NCBI GenBank assembly: GCA_951406725.2
Contig: OX597814.1
Coordinates: 35,650,001-35,714,000 of the forward strand
DNA from: Octopus vulgaris
Lineage: Eukaryota
Direction of reading: 5' to 3'
Length of the DNA stretch: 64,000 nucleotides
Below, piece by piece: positions 27,009 to 40,204 of this stretch. Numbering within the stretch: position 1 is the stretch's first letter; every line of letters starts with the position of its first letter. The translations under genes and the position numbers were made by a program. The notes beneath the pieces are model-generated. The model had not been told where the DNA came from and searched no databases. It was given only the letters and a program-made list of their open reading frames with translations.

Positions 27009-27067
<59 letters not shown>

Positions 27068-27089
27068 TATATATATATAAATTTATATA

Positions 27090-27230
27090 AATAAGGATAA
27101 GATTGTTATTTAAATACTGATCTTATCAGGTGGCCAGCATGGGAATAAAAACCTACAAAGGTAATAATTAAAATTATAATTTAGGGTATTTAAGAGATAT
27201 CACCATGCTAAAAATAGCAACCAAAACTTG
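27090..27230 (-). mobile_element. 3'-terminal fragment of the ~460-bp hammerhead element family
   Basis: aggataag...tatcaggtggccagcat...attaaaattataatttagggtat...atgctaaaaatag aligns with the reverse complement of ~40575-40709. Confidence 0.6.
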
Positions 27231-27291
27231 ACTCTATGCATACGTGCATATATATGTATATATTTGTATACGTAAGTATTTGTATGTTGTG

Positions 27292-27355
<64 letters not shown>

Positions 27356-27357
<2 letters not shown>

Positions 27358-27662
27358 GAGGTGCAATGGCCTAGTGGTTAGGGCAGCGGACTCACGGTCG
27401 CAGGATCGCGGTTTTGATTCCCAGACCGGGCGTTGTGAGTGTTTATTGAGCAAAAACACCTAAAAGCTCCACGAGGTTCCGGCAGGGGGTGGTGATCCCT
27501 GCTGTACTCTTTCACCACTCTTTCTCCCACTCTTCCTTCTGTTGGCCTGCTCGCTTAGCCAGTGGGGTGGCGTCATTCGAAGGCTAAAAAAACAATGCGA
27601 ACGCATTGTGACCAGCGATGTGTAACAACATCTGATGGTCTGGTGGGTCACGTGATCACGTG
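27356..27662 (+). mobile_element. SINE family C, palindrome/(TA)n-tail variant
   Basis: Family C head; ends ...ggtcacgtgatcacgtga(TA)n. Confidence 0.85.
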
Positions 27663-28123
27663 ATATATATATATATATTAATAGGACAAATATGTAAACA
27701 CGATCACATAGAAGTAAATGGATATAAACATATAGCCAATCCATAATGCTATCAAGTAAACACTTCAATTAGATTGAATCTGCCAAACTGGATTATGAGA
27801 GTAAATTTAATGTATCATACGTAATAATAACATAATTTAAGGTAACATTTATATGGTTATGCATTACATTCAAGAGACCAAGCAATTTCACATTCCATAC
27901 TTCTAATAAACTGACATTTTATGGTTTATATATTGCTCATGAAATAATTTCATTGATGAGGTTTCCTGGATTTCACCTGCATAGAACTCTGCATTATACT
28001 CTTCTGTAGTGGATTATTATGAGGTTTGCTAGCCAGGTCTGCTAGAGGAGCTTTCAGTGATAGCCACGATGTTCTATGAATCCATATACTACACTATAAT
28101 TTTACACACACACACACACACAT

Positions 28124-28155
<32 letters not shown>

Positions 28156-28209
28156 TTAGTGTCTTCTTTCCATGCTGGCATGGATTAGATGGTTTGACTG
28201 GAATTTTAA

Positions 28210-28433
28210 CCCTTTTGATACCAACCCACCTGAAACCAACCCTCTGGCTCTCTAATACAAATGTCTTGTTTACAAAAGTTCTGAATTAAAATCTTCCACC
28301 AAACCTGAGTCACAATATATCTTCCTAACACTAGCTTAATGATGATTACTTTATTTTACTAAATTCTTTGTTATATTTAAAATTAATTGAAAGAAACACA
28401 GAGTTTCTCAACAGAAATATGGTAACGAAAGGG
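28210..28433. mobile_element. piggyBac-like MITE nested in a family B SINE
   Basis: TTAA|cccttttgatacca...tggtaacgaaaggg|TGAA: CCC-starting TIRs and TTAA target site (right copy mutated); family B sequence on both sides. Confidence 0.7.
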
Positions 28434-28615
28434 TGAAGCTGGAGAGTATGGCTAGATGCCCTTCCCAATGCCAACCACTCCAAGAGTGTAGTGGGTGACT
28501 TTTATATATCACTGGCAAAGCTGCCTTTTACATGCCATATATATAAGCAATAAAGGGGATAAGCAAATTAGACACATCAAATATATAAATATATTAAACA
28601 AAATATGTATATGTA

Positions 28616-29020
28616 TAGGAGTGGGTGTGAGGTAAGTAGCTTGTTTACCAACCACATGGTTCTGGGTTCAGTTCCACTGTGTGGCATTTTGGGCAAATGT
28701 CTTCTACTATAGCCTCAGGTCGACCAAAACCTTGTGAGTGGATTTGGTAGACAGAAACTGAAAGAAGCCAGTCATATATATGTATACATATGTGTGTATG
28801 TATATGTTTCTGTGTCTGTGTTTGTCCCCATCCCTAACATCGCTTGCCAACTGATGCTGGTGTGTTTACGTCACCGTAACTTAGCGGTTTGGCAAAAGAG
28901 ACCAATAGAAAAAGTACTAGGCTTACAAAGAATAAGTCCTGAGGTCGATTTGCTTGACTAAAGGTGGTGCTCCAGCATAGCCACAGTCAAATGACTGAAA
29001 CAAGTAAAAATATAAATAAA
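28616..29020 (+). mobile_element. SINE family A
   Basis: Family A consensus. Confidence 0.85.
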
Positions 29021-29234
29021 AGAGTATATGTATATGCAATACAAGAGAAAGCAAAAGTTGGAAACTTTCAGGTGACGAATAATGAATTTATATGTATAAA
29101 AATATGTATTTATATAAATAGCTCCAGCTTACACAGAGAACTTCAAAGGGGTTGGACTTACAACACCTTTCTTCTACCACTTCAAATTTCTCTGTCGTTT
29201 GTACTCTGTATAAGTAGGACCTATTTATATGAAT

Positions 29235-29580
29235 GTGTATGTATGCCAAAGATCCCAGCAATGCCATCACACTTCAGGAACAGTTACTGCAACAGCCTAA
29301 GATTCAAGGGCCCACAGCTTTTTAATATTCTCCCAAAGAGTCTGAGGAACTTGCACAAAGTAGATGTAGGGGTTTTTTAATCAAAGCTGGACCTCTTCCT
29401 GTCGAGAGTCCCAGATGAACCTACCTCATGGCAAGAGGTGCAAATTAGGGTAGCTATATCAAACTCCATTCTTCACTAAGTGCCACATGTTAGAGGAGGC
29501 TCTTAGTAATAACAGTGTAGCAAAATGGCGGTGCATCAGCATGGCCACAGCTCTGAGCTGAAACTAGAGAGAAAAAAAAA
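29235..29580 (+). mobile_element. 3' end of a CR1-group LINE
   Basis: Translation NSLRFKGPQLFNILPKSLRNLHKVDVGVF*SKLDLFLSRVPDEP is typical of CR1-group ORF2 C-termini; short 3' UTR and A-rich tail. Confidence 0.75.
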
Positions 29581-30737
29581 TCATTATTTAATCTATCTTC
29601 CATGCATGCATGGAGTCAGCCAGGTAGAAAAACTACCCTTGGCTACTGTGTCTGCTTTGGCAGGGATTTTATGGCTGGATGCCCTTCCTAACACCAACCA
29701 CTCCGCAGAGTGGACTCAGTGCTTTTTACATGGCACTAGCACAGGTGAGGTTAGTTTTGGCATGATTTTTACAGCTGGATGTCCTTCCAAATGCCAACTA
29801 TGCTACAGTGGGGTCTGGATGCTTTTAACGTGGCACCAGCATTGGCAGGGTAACCAGTAACTCACAAGACAAAGAATTATGTGAGAGGCAGGGAAATTTG
29901 AGGAGGGGAACTTGTGTCAAAAAGACAGAGAAACAGAAGCAGGTGTCTTTCCACAACAGAGGTGGGCATTAGAGGAGGTGATCCAGTATCAGATAATGAA
30001 AGGTTAGAGTGTAACAGAGAAATAGAGAGGCAGAAATAAGTGTTTTGCTGTGGGGGAGGTACATGGTTACCTAGAGGGAGTGTGAGAGAGAGAGAGAGGG
30101 AGAGAGAGAAAAAATATAGAGAGTGAGACAGAGAGAAAAAGAGAGGAGGCGAGAGAGAAAAGTGACAGAGAGAGATTGAGAGAAAAGAGAGAGAGAAGTG
30201 ACATTGAGAGAAAAGAGAGACAGAGAGAGAAAGGAGACTGAGAGTGAGAGAGAGGTACAAGAAAAAACCCAGAAACAATTGTGCTGATGTGAAGGTGATT
30301 CTTGGTTCTTGGTTACCTATTCAGAGGAAAAACAAGAGAAGGAGAGAGAGAGAGAGAGAGAGAGAGACCAAGAGAAAGAAAGAGAGTAGGAAACAGCAAA
30401 AGTGTAAGCTAGAGCAGGAGAGAGATGGTGTAGAGCTAGTGTATACTCACAAGTAACAAGGATCTGGGCATAGAACTTGGATAGAAAAATAGGGTGTTGG
30501 TGTTGGGGGTGGGGGACCAGCGATGCAGTGAGCAGGCCTGTGAAGGCAAGAAAGGGGATTGGAAAGCAATCATAGTTTATGAAGAGGAAATGTGAAGAAG
30601 CGAAAGATGCATTTAGGAGAGGGGTTGCAGTTCGGTTTTTAGGGTAGAGTGGGTGAAAAGTGTGTTGTTACATGTGGATGGGACACAACTTTTCTACCAC
30701 TCAGTTTCGTGGACTGGTCTTCTCTATAACTTCATAT

Positions 30738-30971
30738 CTTATTTCTTTACTGCCCACAAGAGGCTACACACAGAGAGTACAAACAAGGACAGACAAACGT
30801 ATTAAGTTGATTATATTGACCCCAGTGCATAACTGGTCTTATCTAATTGATGCCAAAAGGATGAAAGGCAAAGTCAACCTCGGTGGAATTTGAACTCAGA
30901 ACGTAGCAGCAGACGAAATACCGCTAAGCATTTTGCTCAGCGTGCTAACGTCTCTGCCAGCTTGCCACCGT
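30738..30971 (-). mobile_element. SINE family E
   Basis: Minus strand: ggtggcaagctggcagagacgttagcacg...gttctgagttcaaattcc...gactttgcctttcatcc. Confidence 0.8.
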
Positions 30972-30974
30972 TAG

Positions 30975-31705
30975 AACTTCATATCACCAAACATCTTGGT
31001 CCATTGTCATTTCCTCCATGAGACCCAACATCCTAAAATTGGTCCTCACCACTTCCTTGCATGTCTTCCTGGGTCTCCTTCTTCCATAGGTACCATCCAC
31101 TTTCAGTGATGGTCACTTCTGTATACAGCTGTCTTCACTCATACGCATCACATGTCCAGACCAACACATTCTCCTCTCCTGCATTCCACATTTAATTCCT
31201 CTTATGCCCAACTTTTCTCTTAACACAGTTGTGTTTTGTCAGTCATGCACACTGATGTTGCAAATCCAGTGGAGTATACTACCTTCATTCCTCTCCAGTC
31301 TATACATGTCTTCAGTCAGAGCCCTTGTTACACTACCATGTAACATAGCTGTTCTCACACAAGCATCATACAATCTATTTTCGCTTTGAGAGAGAGAGAG
31401 AGTCCCTTTGCTGCCAACAGAAGTGGTAGTTCTCTGAACTTCCTCCATCCTATTCTTATTCTAGAAGCAATACTTTCAGAGCATCCACCACTGTTGCTAA
31501 TTTGGTCCCCCTAAATAGCAGAAACTATCTGCTACCTCAAGAGAGCCTCCTGGGCATTTGAAAGAGTTTAAGTCACTTGTGTTCTTCGTACTTACTGTTC
31601 ATGCATTCCTGCCACACATGATAGTGACTTTATCTGATAACCTATCCACGAATCCACTGCAACTCTTATGCGTCCATAGCTTACACTTGGTGCAGCAAAT
31701 GATAT
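30975..31705 (-). mobile_element. RTE LINE relic
   Basis: RLYDACVRTAMLHGS...EDMYRLERNEGSILHWICN; homologous to 53761-54636. Confidence 0.85.
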
Positions 31706-34269
31706 TACACATAAATTCATCATTCATCATCATTAATCATTCATCATCATTTCCACCTTTTGCTTTCTCTCATTTTGCATGTATACAGATATACATATTT
31801 TCTATTTGATGTCCTTGATCTATTTAATATATTTAATGTGTCTAATTTGCTTTTCCCCATTATTGCTTCTGTACCCACTCAACCTGATCCTGCTTTCTTT
31901 ACCTTGTGGAATGATCACCTGTAAAGTCTAAGTTTGAATCTTTTGAGCATTACTAAATGTCTCCTATACAGAACAATCTTAGAAATGGTTTGGTATAACT
32001 TCTTATCACACGTGTTATACAAATATTATAACATTGTGTTTCGAAAAATTTTTTAAAAATATTTTTTCAAATGTTGATTTTTGTGATTTGAGCATTGTTG
32101 TAAGGTGTTCAAACTCAGGGATCTTGTCTTTATATACAAAACCTTCAGGTTTTCGAAAAGTGTCATAAGCAAGGTTTATGCCATTTCTGTAATATTCTTT
32201 AGCGTTGGAAGACAACACTGTTAATACACTAAAGATATATTAATTGAACTTGCTGCAAATAGATGTGTTACGTATGTGAATTGATCAATCTGATTTACTT
32301 GCACCCTGAGTAATAGCATATTTATAAGCAAAGTCCTTGTGAACAATTAAAGAGAATACTCGGTCACTGATGAAGTCTCAAAATTGGATTGAAACTAGTG
32401 TGGTTGATTCCTCTTTTTCTACCAACAAAAACATTGTATACATCTGTTGCATATACTGTGGTGTAAAATTCATAGATATATTCTAGAATACTGTTTGAAA
32501 CAGAACACTTTTAATTTATTGATCAGAGTAGTTACCATGTATCATATGTGTAAAGCAGTCAAGTTAATTTACTTAAACTTTTAGTTAAAGTGGGTTTATA
32601 AACATTGTCTCCATAGACAGTTAAAGTGGGTACTCAATCACTGATGAAATTTCAGCAAAACATTGGAAATATTCTGGCGGATATTTTCTGTTTTTTTTTT
32701 CTGTCTATGAAAATATTTAGTATAAAGATAAAATGTTTCTATCTGTGCTTCACATATACTTCTGGTTAAAATCCTATACTGTTGTACAGTATAGTATATA
32801 TGTTAGTGTGTTAGACTTTACAAAAAGACTATTTTGGACTACCTTAAAGATATTGAATATAATCTTGGATACATAATTTTTTCATCTCAGTGAACATTTC
32901 TTTTCTTATAATTACATTTATTTTCTAATAATTGCATTTATTTCTTATAATTACATTTATTTTCTTACAAAAACAGATAGTCAGAAAATAACTTTAAAAT
33001 GTTTTTCATTTTAAAGATAATTTATCTTTGTCCTTTTAAGTTGACATTTGTTTCCATAAATATATCAATGAAATTTTTCAAACAATACGTCTTCTGGTGT
33101 ATTTGATTTCCACTAATGGTTTCAAACATTTTGTCTTTCAATCAAATATGTTTCACTATGAATATGTCTTTCTACAAATGTGTCTTATTGCCAATTTTCC
33201 CTTTTACCAGCATGCTTTCAATCAATGCATTTTTCGTATAAATGTTCTCAATTAATGTGCTATATCTCATTTGATTATAAGTTTGATTGACCAGATCTGA
33301 CCTTGGAAAGGGCTTAACAATAAAAAAAAAAACAGCAATTGCTTAATATCTTATTTTTTATATTCTCATTGTTAAGAATGAATGTTTCCAGTTAAATGAA
33401 GTTCTACAAGAAATTTAATAAGTTTTTTAGCAACAATGTGATACAAATGAATCCAAATATGCAGTCTTTGATAACGGGACACTGTTGATAATAATTACAT
33501 GCTAGCACTTCTCACAACACAAGCCAGAGGTTTAACATAGCAATATCAAAATATATTTAATCATTAAAAGAGAAGAGTGAAAATATTACAGTAATAAAAT
33601 AGTTTGCCAAAGCTTATACTTAAGATGCCAAGGAATGTGATTTATGTTTGAAAAAAATAAAAATAAAAAAAAATGCTGCATCTTAATACAATTTAAGCTA
33701 CTTTATAGAAAACAAGAGTTATTCTGAAAATACAGGCTTAAAACCAAATATTGTCAAAGGAATGTTAATGTGTTATGGGTAAACAGACAATACCTCATAA
33801 ACACTTAAAGACCTGAAATACACAATGAGAACTATTAATCTAAAAGAAACAATCATAGAAGTGTCTCTACAAAGTTTTGCATAATAATGATAGTGACCAG
33901 CTTCCATAAATTAAGCTCTGAGTAGTGACAAACTGAGGCAAAAGTTTCAAATAAATGAATAAAATATATTACATATACTGAATATTTTTAATGTTATTTT
34001 TTTCTCATTTGTATATACATCTTATGGTGTACATATAAATATATAAATTAACAGAATGAAATAAAAATCCAAAGCTGTGAAAGATTTCCACATCTATTAG
34101 ATTTTTATCGCATTCTGTTATTTTTTTAATATATATGCATGCTGATATATGACCTACGTTGGACTCCTCATTCAAATAATCACTGAACCTGGAGCTTAAC
34201 TATAGTCTGTCCATAGCACTTACTCAGCATTACCTGACACCTTTGTGTCTTATTGACACCATTTGGATC

Positions 34270-34656
34270 GTAGGGTGACATGCCATGCATGAGATGATCT
34301 GTTGAGTCAAGTACATCAACATCAATATCAAAATCAAATCAAATGGAAATTGTAGTTGTGACCCCCATGCTGATAGCACGTAAAAAGCACCATCCAAATG
34401 TGGCCGATGCCAGTGCTGGCATGTAAAAAGCACCATCCGATCGTGGTCGTTGCCAGATCCACTGGCCCCTGTGCTGGTAGCACATAAAAAGCACCCAATA
34501 CACGCTCGGTGTGGTTGGCGTTAGGAAGGGCATCCAGCTGTAGAAACACTGCCAGATCAGATTGGGGGCTGGTGCAGCCTCCAGGCTTCTCAGACCCCAG
34601 TCGAATCATCCAACCCATGCCAGCATGGAAACAGACGTTGAACGATGATGATGATG

Positions 34657-34657
<1 letters not shown>
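34270..34657 (+). mobile_element. SINE family B / RTE 3' UTR copy
   Basis: Ends in (GAT)n; matches the reverse complement of 40713-41070. Confidence 0.8.
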
Positions 34658-34708
<51 letters not shown>

Positions 34709-35079
34709 CAGCGATGTGTAACAACATCTGATGGTCTGGTCGGTCACGTGATCACGTGATATATATATATATATCACATGATCACGTGACCGACCAGACC
34801 ATCAGATGTTGTTACACATCGCTGGTCACAATGCGTTCGCATTGTTTTAGCCTTCGAATGACGCCACGCCGCTGGTTAAGCGAGCAGGCCAACAGAAGAA
34901 AGAGTGGGAGAAAGAGTGGTGAAAGAGTACAGCAGGGATCACCACCCCCTGCCGGAGCCTCGTGGAGCTTTTAGGTGTTTTCGCTCAATAAACACTCACA
35001 ACGCCCGGTCTGGGAATCGAAACCGCGATCCTGCGACCGCGAGTCCGCTGCCCTAACCACTAGGCCATTGCGCCTCCAC
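34709..35079 (-). mobile_element. SINE family C (34773-35079) plus an inverted tail copy (34709-34758)
   Basis: Full minus-strand copy; its tail is mirrored across a short (TA)n. Confidence 0.85.
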
Positions 35080-35103
35080 ATATATATATATATATATATA
35101 CAC

Positions 35104-35447
35104 ATTAATGCATTCGAGCTTTGGTGTTGGAGAAGACTTTTACAGATTCTATAGACAGCGAGGCTCACCAATGGAGAAGTTCTTAAGCAGATCAGGCTGA
35201 AAATGTTGCTAGAAGCTAGGATCACCAAGCATAGATTGGCATATTTTGGTCATATTATGCAGAGAAAATCCCTGGAGAACGACATCAGGCTCGGAATGGT
35301 CAGTGGCAAGAGAGGAAGAGGCTGACCAAGAACACCATCAAGAGTGATACCGGAATGGACATAGCCAATCTGAAAGAAGCGGCCCAGGATAGAACTAACT
35401 GAGGACACTGATCCAACGAGTAACCGAGAGTCGACTTCGACTGAGCA

Positions 35448-35449
<2 letters not shown>
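35104..35449 (+). mobile_element. 3' fragment of a BovB-like RTE LINE
   Basis: INAFELWCWRRLLQIL*TARLTNGEVLKQI...RLAYFGHIMQRKSLENDIRLGMVSGKRGRG; ends gagtcgacttcgactgagc. Confidence 0.85.
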
Positions 35450-35546
<97 letters not shown>

Positions 35547-37059
35547 TACATTTATACAAATTCATATTTAATACATTTGAGTATATTCAAGTGTGATGCA
35601 ATCTTTCTCTGAAGAAATAGTCCTGGAAAGAATTCTCCATCTAGACATGAGTGAAAACGTGTTTTTGAGCTGTGAATTTTGCCATTAGATTGTAGGACAA
35701 GTGCTTCTGTATTGTTCTATTTCTTCAGCAACAGAAACCAGATATGTCTTTCATTGCCTGATAAGAACAAAATTATTCTGTTAAAAGAAAGCATATGGAA
35801 TGTTTGCTGGTGTACATAAAGCATGATAAATCTAGAATTAAATGAATAAAGTTGCATGAAAGTAGTGTTGAATAAAATTTGCATAAAGACATGTTTAAAC
35901 ATTCGAGAGTGTTCAGACCTTTCATTGCAAAAATGGTCCTGGAAGAAATTTCTTCACCTAGAAATGTGTGTAAATACATTTTAAAGGCTGAGAGGGATGT
36001 CATTGAATTGTAGGATGCATGCATTTCTGTGTTATTCCACATCTATTGAACTTTGCAAGTACAGAACTTCAGAGAAAATCGTTTATAGAAAATGCTAAGA
36101 TGATATTACCATTTCGTTGAAATGGTATCAGGCAGAGACACATGAATTCTAAACTTTCAGGTACATATGCACATGCAGAAATACACACATATACACACAC
36201 ATGTGATTGGCAGTGGTACATAGCAAATAAAATCCTTTAACTATATGAAATAATAAAGTTCTACAATTTAATTAGGATCATGCAATCAAATGATTTCACA
36301 TAACTCTGAGTGTGCTTTATGCTTCTAAGATCTTTAGATTCTAGGATGCCATAGTAAAGATGGCTGTGGAGGAAGTGAATTCCATAAACAAGCACTCTCT
36401 TTGAACTGTGCAATCTTTGCTGCAGTCAATCTGAATCCATAATACTAAAAGCTAATGTAACAGCCTTATTCCTTCATTAAATTACAAGTGAATTAACAGT
36501 GTTTTAATTAATTAATTTACCATATATATTTATAGTTCTTTTTAGCTAGCACTATATGTACTGATGACTGTAAATAACCTGCCAGAATATACAATATTTA
36601 AAGCCACCGATGAAATCCAAATTCAAGAATTGAAATAGGTTCACCTGTGCCTTGTTCTTCTGTCCACAAAAACATTGTAAATATAGTTTACATTCATCAC
36701 TACATACCGGGTTAGATACAAAAATCTATAGATTTATTCTACACTATAGTTCTACAACACAGCAATATTTCTTTATGTATAAAAATTGATGAAACGTTAG
36801 ACTTTTGTGATCATGTGTTACTCAGTAGTTCATGTTTTGTTGCATGCTCATTTTAAGGTTTATTCAAATAGTTTTAGAAATTCCAATCAAATATGAGGAC
36901 GAAGTTCATTCTTAGCAAGCGCTTAGTTGCATGTCTTTGGTATTCTAAATTTTACATTCTTTTAAGTATGAAAAAATATATACGGGAAAACACTAAACAT
37001 GTCGCAATGAACACAATATTATTATTAACTTTTTTGCACATATGTACATAATCACATAC

Positions 37060-37130
37060 AATGTATGCATACGTATGTATTTATGTATGTATATATGTAT
37101 ATATATATATATATATGTGTATGTATATAT

Positions 37131-37172
<42 letters not shown>

Positions 37173-37400
37173 GTTTATATATGTATGTGTGTATATATAT
37201 ATATATATATATGTATATATAAATATATGTATATATATATATATGTATATATATATATGTATATATATGTATATGTATATGTATATATATATATGTATAT
37301 ATATATGTATATATATATGTATATGTATATGTATATGTATATATATATATGTATATATATATGTATATATATGTATATGTATATATATATACGTATATAT

Positions 37401-37432
<32 letters not shown>

Positions 37433-37511
37433 GTATATGTATATATATATGTATATGTATATGTATATATGTATATATATATATGTATATGTATATATAT
37501 ATATATGTATA

Positions 37512-37574
<63 letters not shown>

Positions 37575-37590
37575 GTATGTATATATACAC
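37060..37590. repeat. Long compound (TA)/(TATG) microsatellite
   Basis: Seen directly; source of the 140-230 aa YI-rich ORFs. Confidence 0.95.
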
Positions 37591-37981
37591 ACATTCATAT
37601 GTGTATTTATGAGTATATTTGTGTGTGCGTGTGTATGTGGATGTATATGTAGGCATGTATCCTGCCACTGCTCTGTATATATTTCTTGATGCATCCATCC
37701 ACATGAGTATGTTTGCTTTGAATTTCATAAATTCAATATGGTGCTCTGAAGAGGAAGAGTGAGAAACCACACCAAAACCCAGTTCTTAAGAGTAAAATAA
37801 AATAAAATAAAATAAAATAATATAAAATAAAATACACAATAATTGAGGAGAGGAGAGAAATCAACAATCTAACCCCACTTTGTTGAGATTTATTTTTCGT
37901 TATTTGATATTTTTTCATCACCATTATCATCAAGAATAAAATATACAGTTATTATTATCATTGTTGTTGTTGTTGTTTTTG

Positions 37982-38053
<72 letters not shown>

Positions 38054-39833
38054 GTCAGTTTAGCTTTATACATTATATATTAAGGAAAGAAAATATTTGC
38101 TCTGATCTCTGACTGGAGATAAAAGTCTTCCTTGATCTTTGGCATCAACAGTCATCCCTGCTGTGCTTTCAGGATATCACTATTCCATTGTAATATCGAG
38201 TTAAAAACTAAAAAAGGAAAGTAATTTAATAATAAATATACACAAATGAAATAACAAAAACAAAAAAAATGCACCCCACACTCCCACATATATATATATG
38301 TGTGTGTATGTATGTGTATGTGTGCTCATGTGTGTGTGTGTGTGTGTGTTTGTCTGTGTGCTTGTGAGTGTGTGTGTGTAGGTAAAACGTAGTTCAGATA
38401 TTTTTTCATCAGTAAATGAATTTGGCAACATTTCTTAGATATTCTCATAAAGATTTCGAGCTTTTTGTTGTTGTTTTTTTTTTTTTACACACAATATAAA
38501 TTTGCTTTCTTTAATAATATTTTGTAAACAAGTTGGCTGCTTTTCTTTAGTCTTAGTTTTGTGGAATTTTTGCAATTTATATGTCCAATATGGTTGAATA
38601 GAAATTTCATCAAATCTTTCAATATTTCATTATTAAAGCACCTATCCCAGTTTATTTTATGATTTTATGGTTACAAAGTGTCAATAATTCAGACCTGGTG
38701 CCAAATTTTTCACCTTTCTTCTCTTTCCTTTTTTTTAATGTTGAATTCTATCTAAGCCAACTAGAAAGCTATATTCTTGTTAATGCTAAATGGGTGTCGT
38801 AAACTGCTTTAACATACTTAAACCAAATTTATTGATTGAATTCAATTGTACAGAATATTCAGCATTTGAAACCTTACTGACAAGTGAGACATAAGGTGAA
38901 ATCTCCATCACAACTTGTGATTAAAGTTCCTCTTTCTACATCGTTGACCTCTGACATAGCACTGATTACATTTCTAAGAAATTTGCTTCATATAATAATA
39001 TCACCTGTAATAAAATATAAACACGTCAGAAGCAGAGATAATATTATCAAGTAGTTAAAGGATTTGGCCATCAGTTCCTCATGGGTTATGAGTTCAAATT
39101 AACTTGAGCCAATTCTTGATACAGGCTAAGTGTATATATTATGCTATGTCCTATAAATACACTAACAAAAGTAATAAATAATAATCAGTTCTCTCATTGA
39201 TAATTAATATGCTTATTAAATTAATTGACATAAATAAATACATAAAGTTTTGGTAAAAATAAATAGGTGAAATTAAACTTATGTTTGCTTCAGTCATTGG
39301 ATTGCAGCTAAGCTGGGGCAATGCTTTCAAGATTTTTGGTCAATTATATTAACCACAATGCTTTGTCTAGTACTTAGTTTATTGACTGTGTGACAGATGG
39401 ATGGCCTAATTGACCTTGGTATAAAGAGATTTAAACTATTAAACAAAAATATAAAGAACAAAATAATGCAGAGTAGTTATAGTAAATAGGTGAAGTCTCT
39501 TTAAAGTTTCTAGACTAGCTGAGCATGTGTTATTGAGCAAGGATTTTCACGTGAGCTAAATATTCCATCACCGGAAAGAGAGGAAAAACTAAAGAATATC
39601 TTTAAACAAGGATATTAACAGGTATTAGTTTGTTGACTAAGGGGTATCCAAAGTAGAAATATAATATTGGTCGGTAGTTTCATGGTTGAAGAATGAATGA
39701 ACTCCTTAGTGAATGATAATATTCATTAGCAGTTCCATTGTTGAGCTATAAGGAAAAATCCAAGATAAAAGATAATAAAAGTTACTAGTTCCATCTTTGA
39801 AGAGAAAGTGAGGTAGCTATGAGACTTCAAAGA

Positions 39834-39881
<48 letters not shown>

Positions 39882-40041
39882 GTGTGTGTGTATATGTGTG
39901 TGTGTGTATATGTGTGTGTGTATGAGTGTATAAATATATAAATATGAATGTGTGTGTGTGTATATATATGTATACATTAATATCTATATCTATCTATTTA
40001 TCTGTCTAACTATCTCCTTCTTTCTCTCTCTCTCTCTATAC

Positions 40042-40098
<57 letters not shown>

Positions 40099-40108
40099 TA
40101 TATACATA

Positions 40109-40185
<77 letters not shown>

Positions 40186-40204
40186 ATGTATGTATGTATG
40201 TATG

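Larger units (their letters stand above)
25148..27012 (+). mobile_element. 5'-truncated Penelope-like retroelement inserted in (TA)n
   Basis: C-terminal GIY-YIG ORF, long 3' region with a hammerhead and AATAAA (26957-26962); (TA)n on both sides. Confidence 0.85.

Noticed and set aside
27356-27430. tRNA gene
   Set aside because: The tRNA-like head runs into a repeated SINE body with no T-run terminator; likewise at 15501, 35079 and 63939.
36993-37770. Long ORFs (139-233 aa) rich in Y/I/H/T
   Set aside because: Translations of TA/TG microsatellite; the same applies to ORFs near 8.4, 9.1, 13.8, 17.5, 22.2, 25.0 and 40.0 kb.
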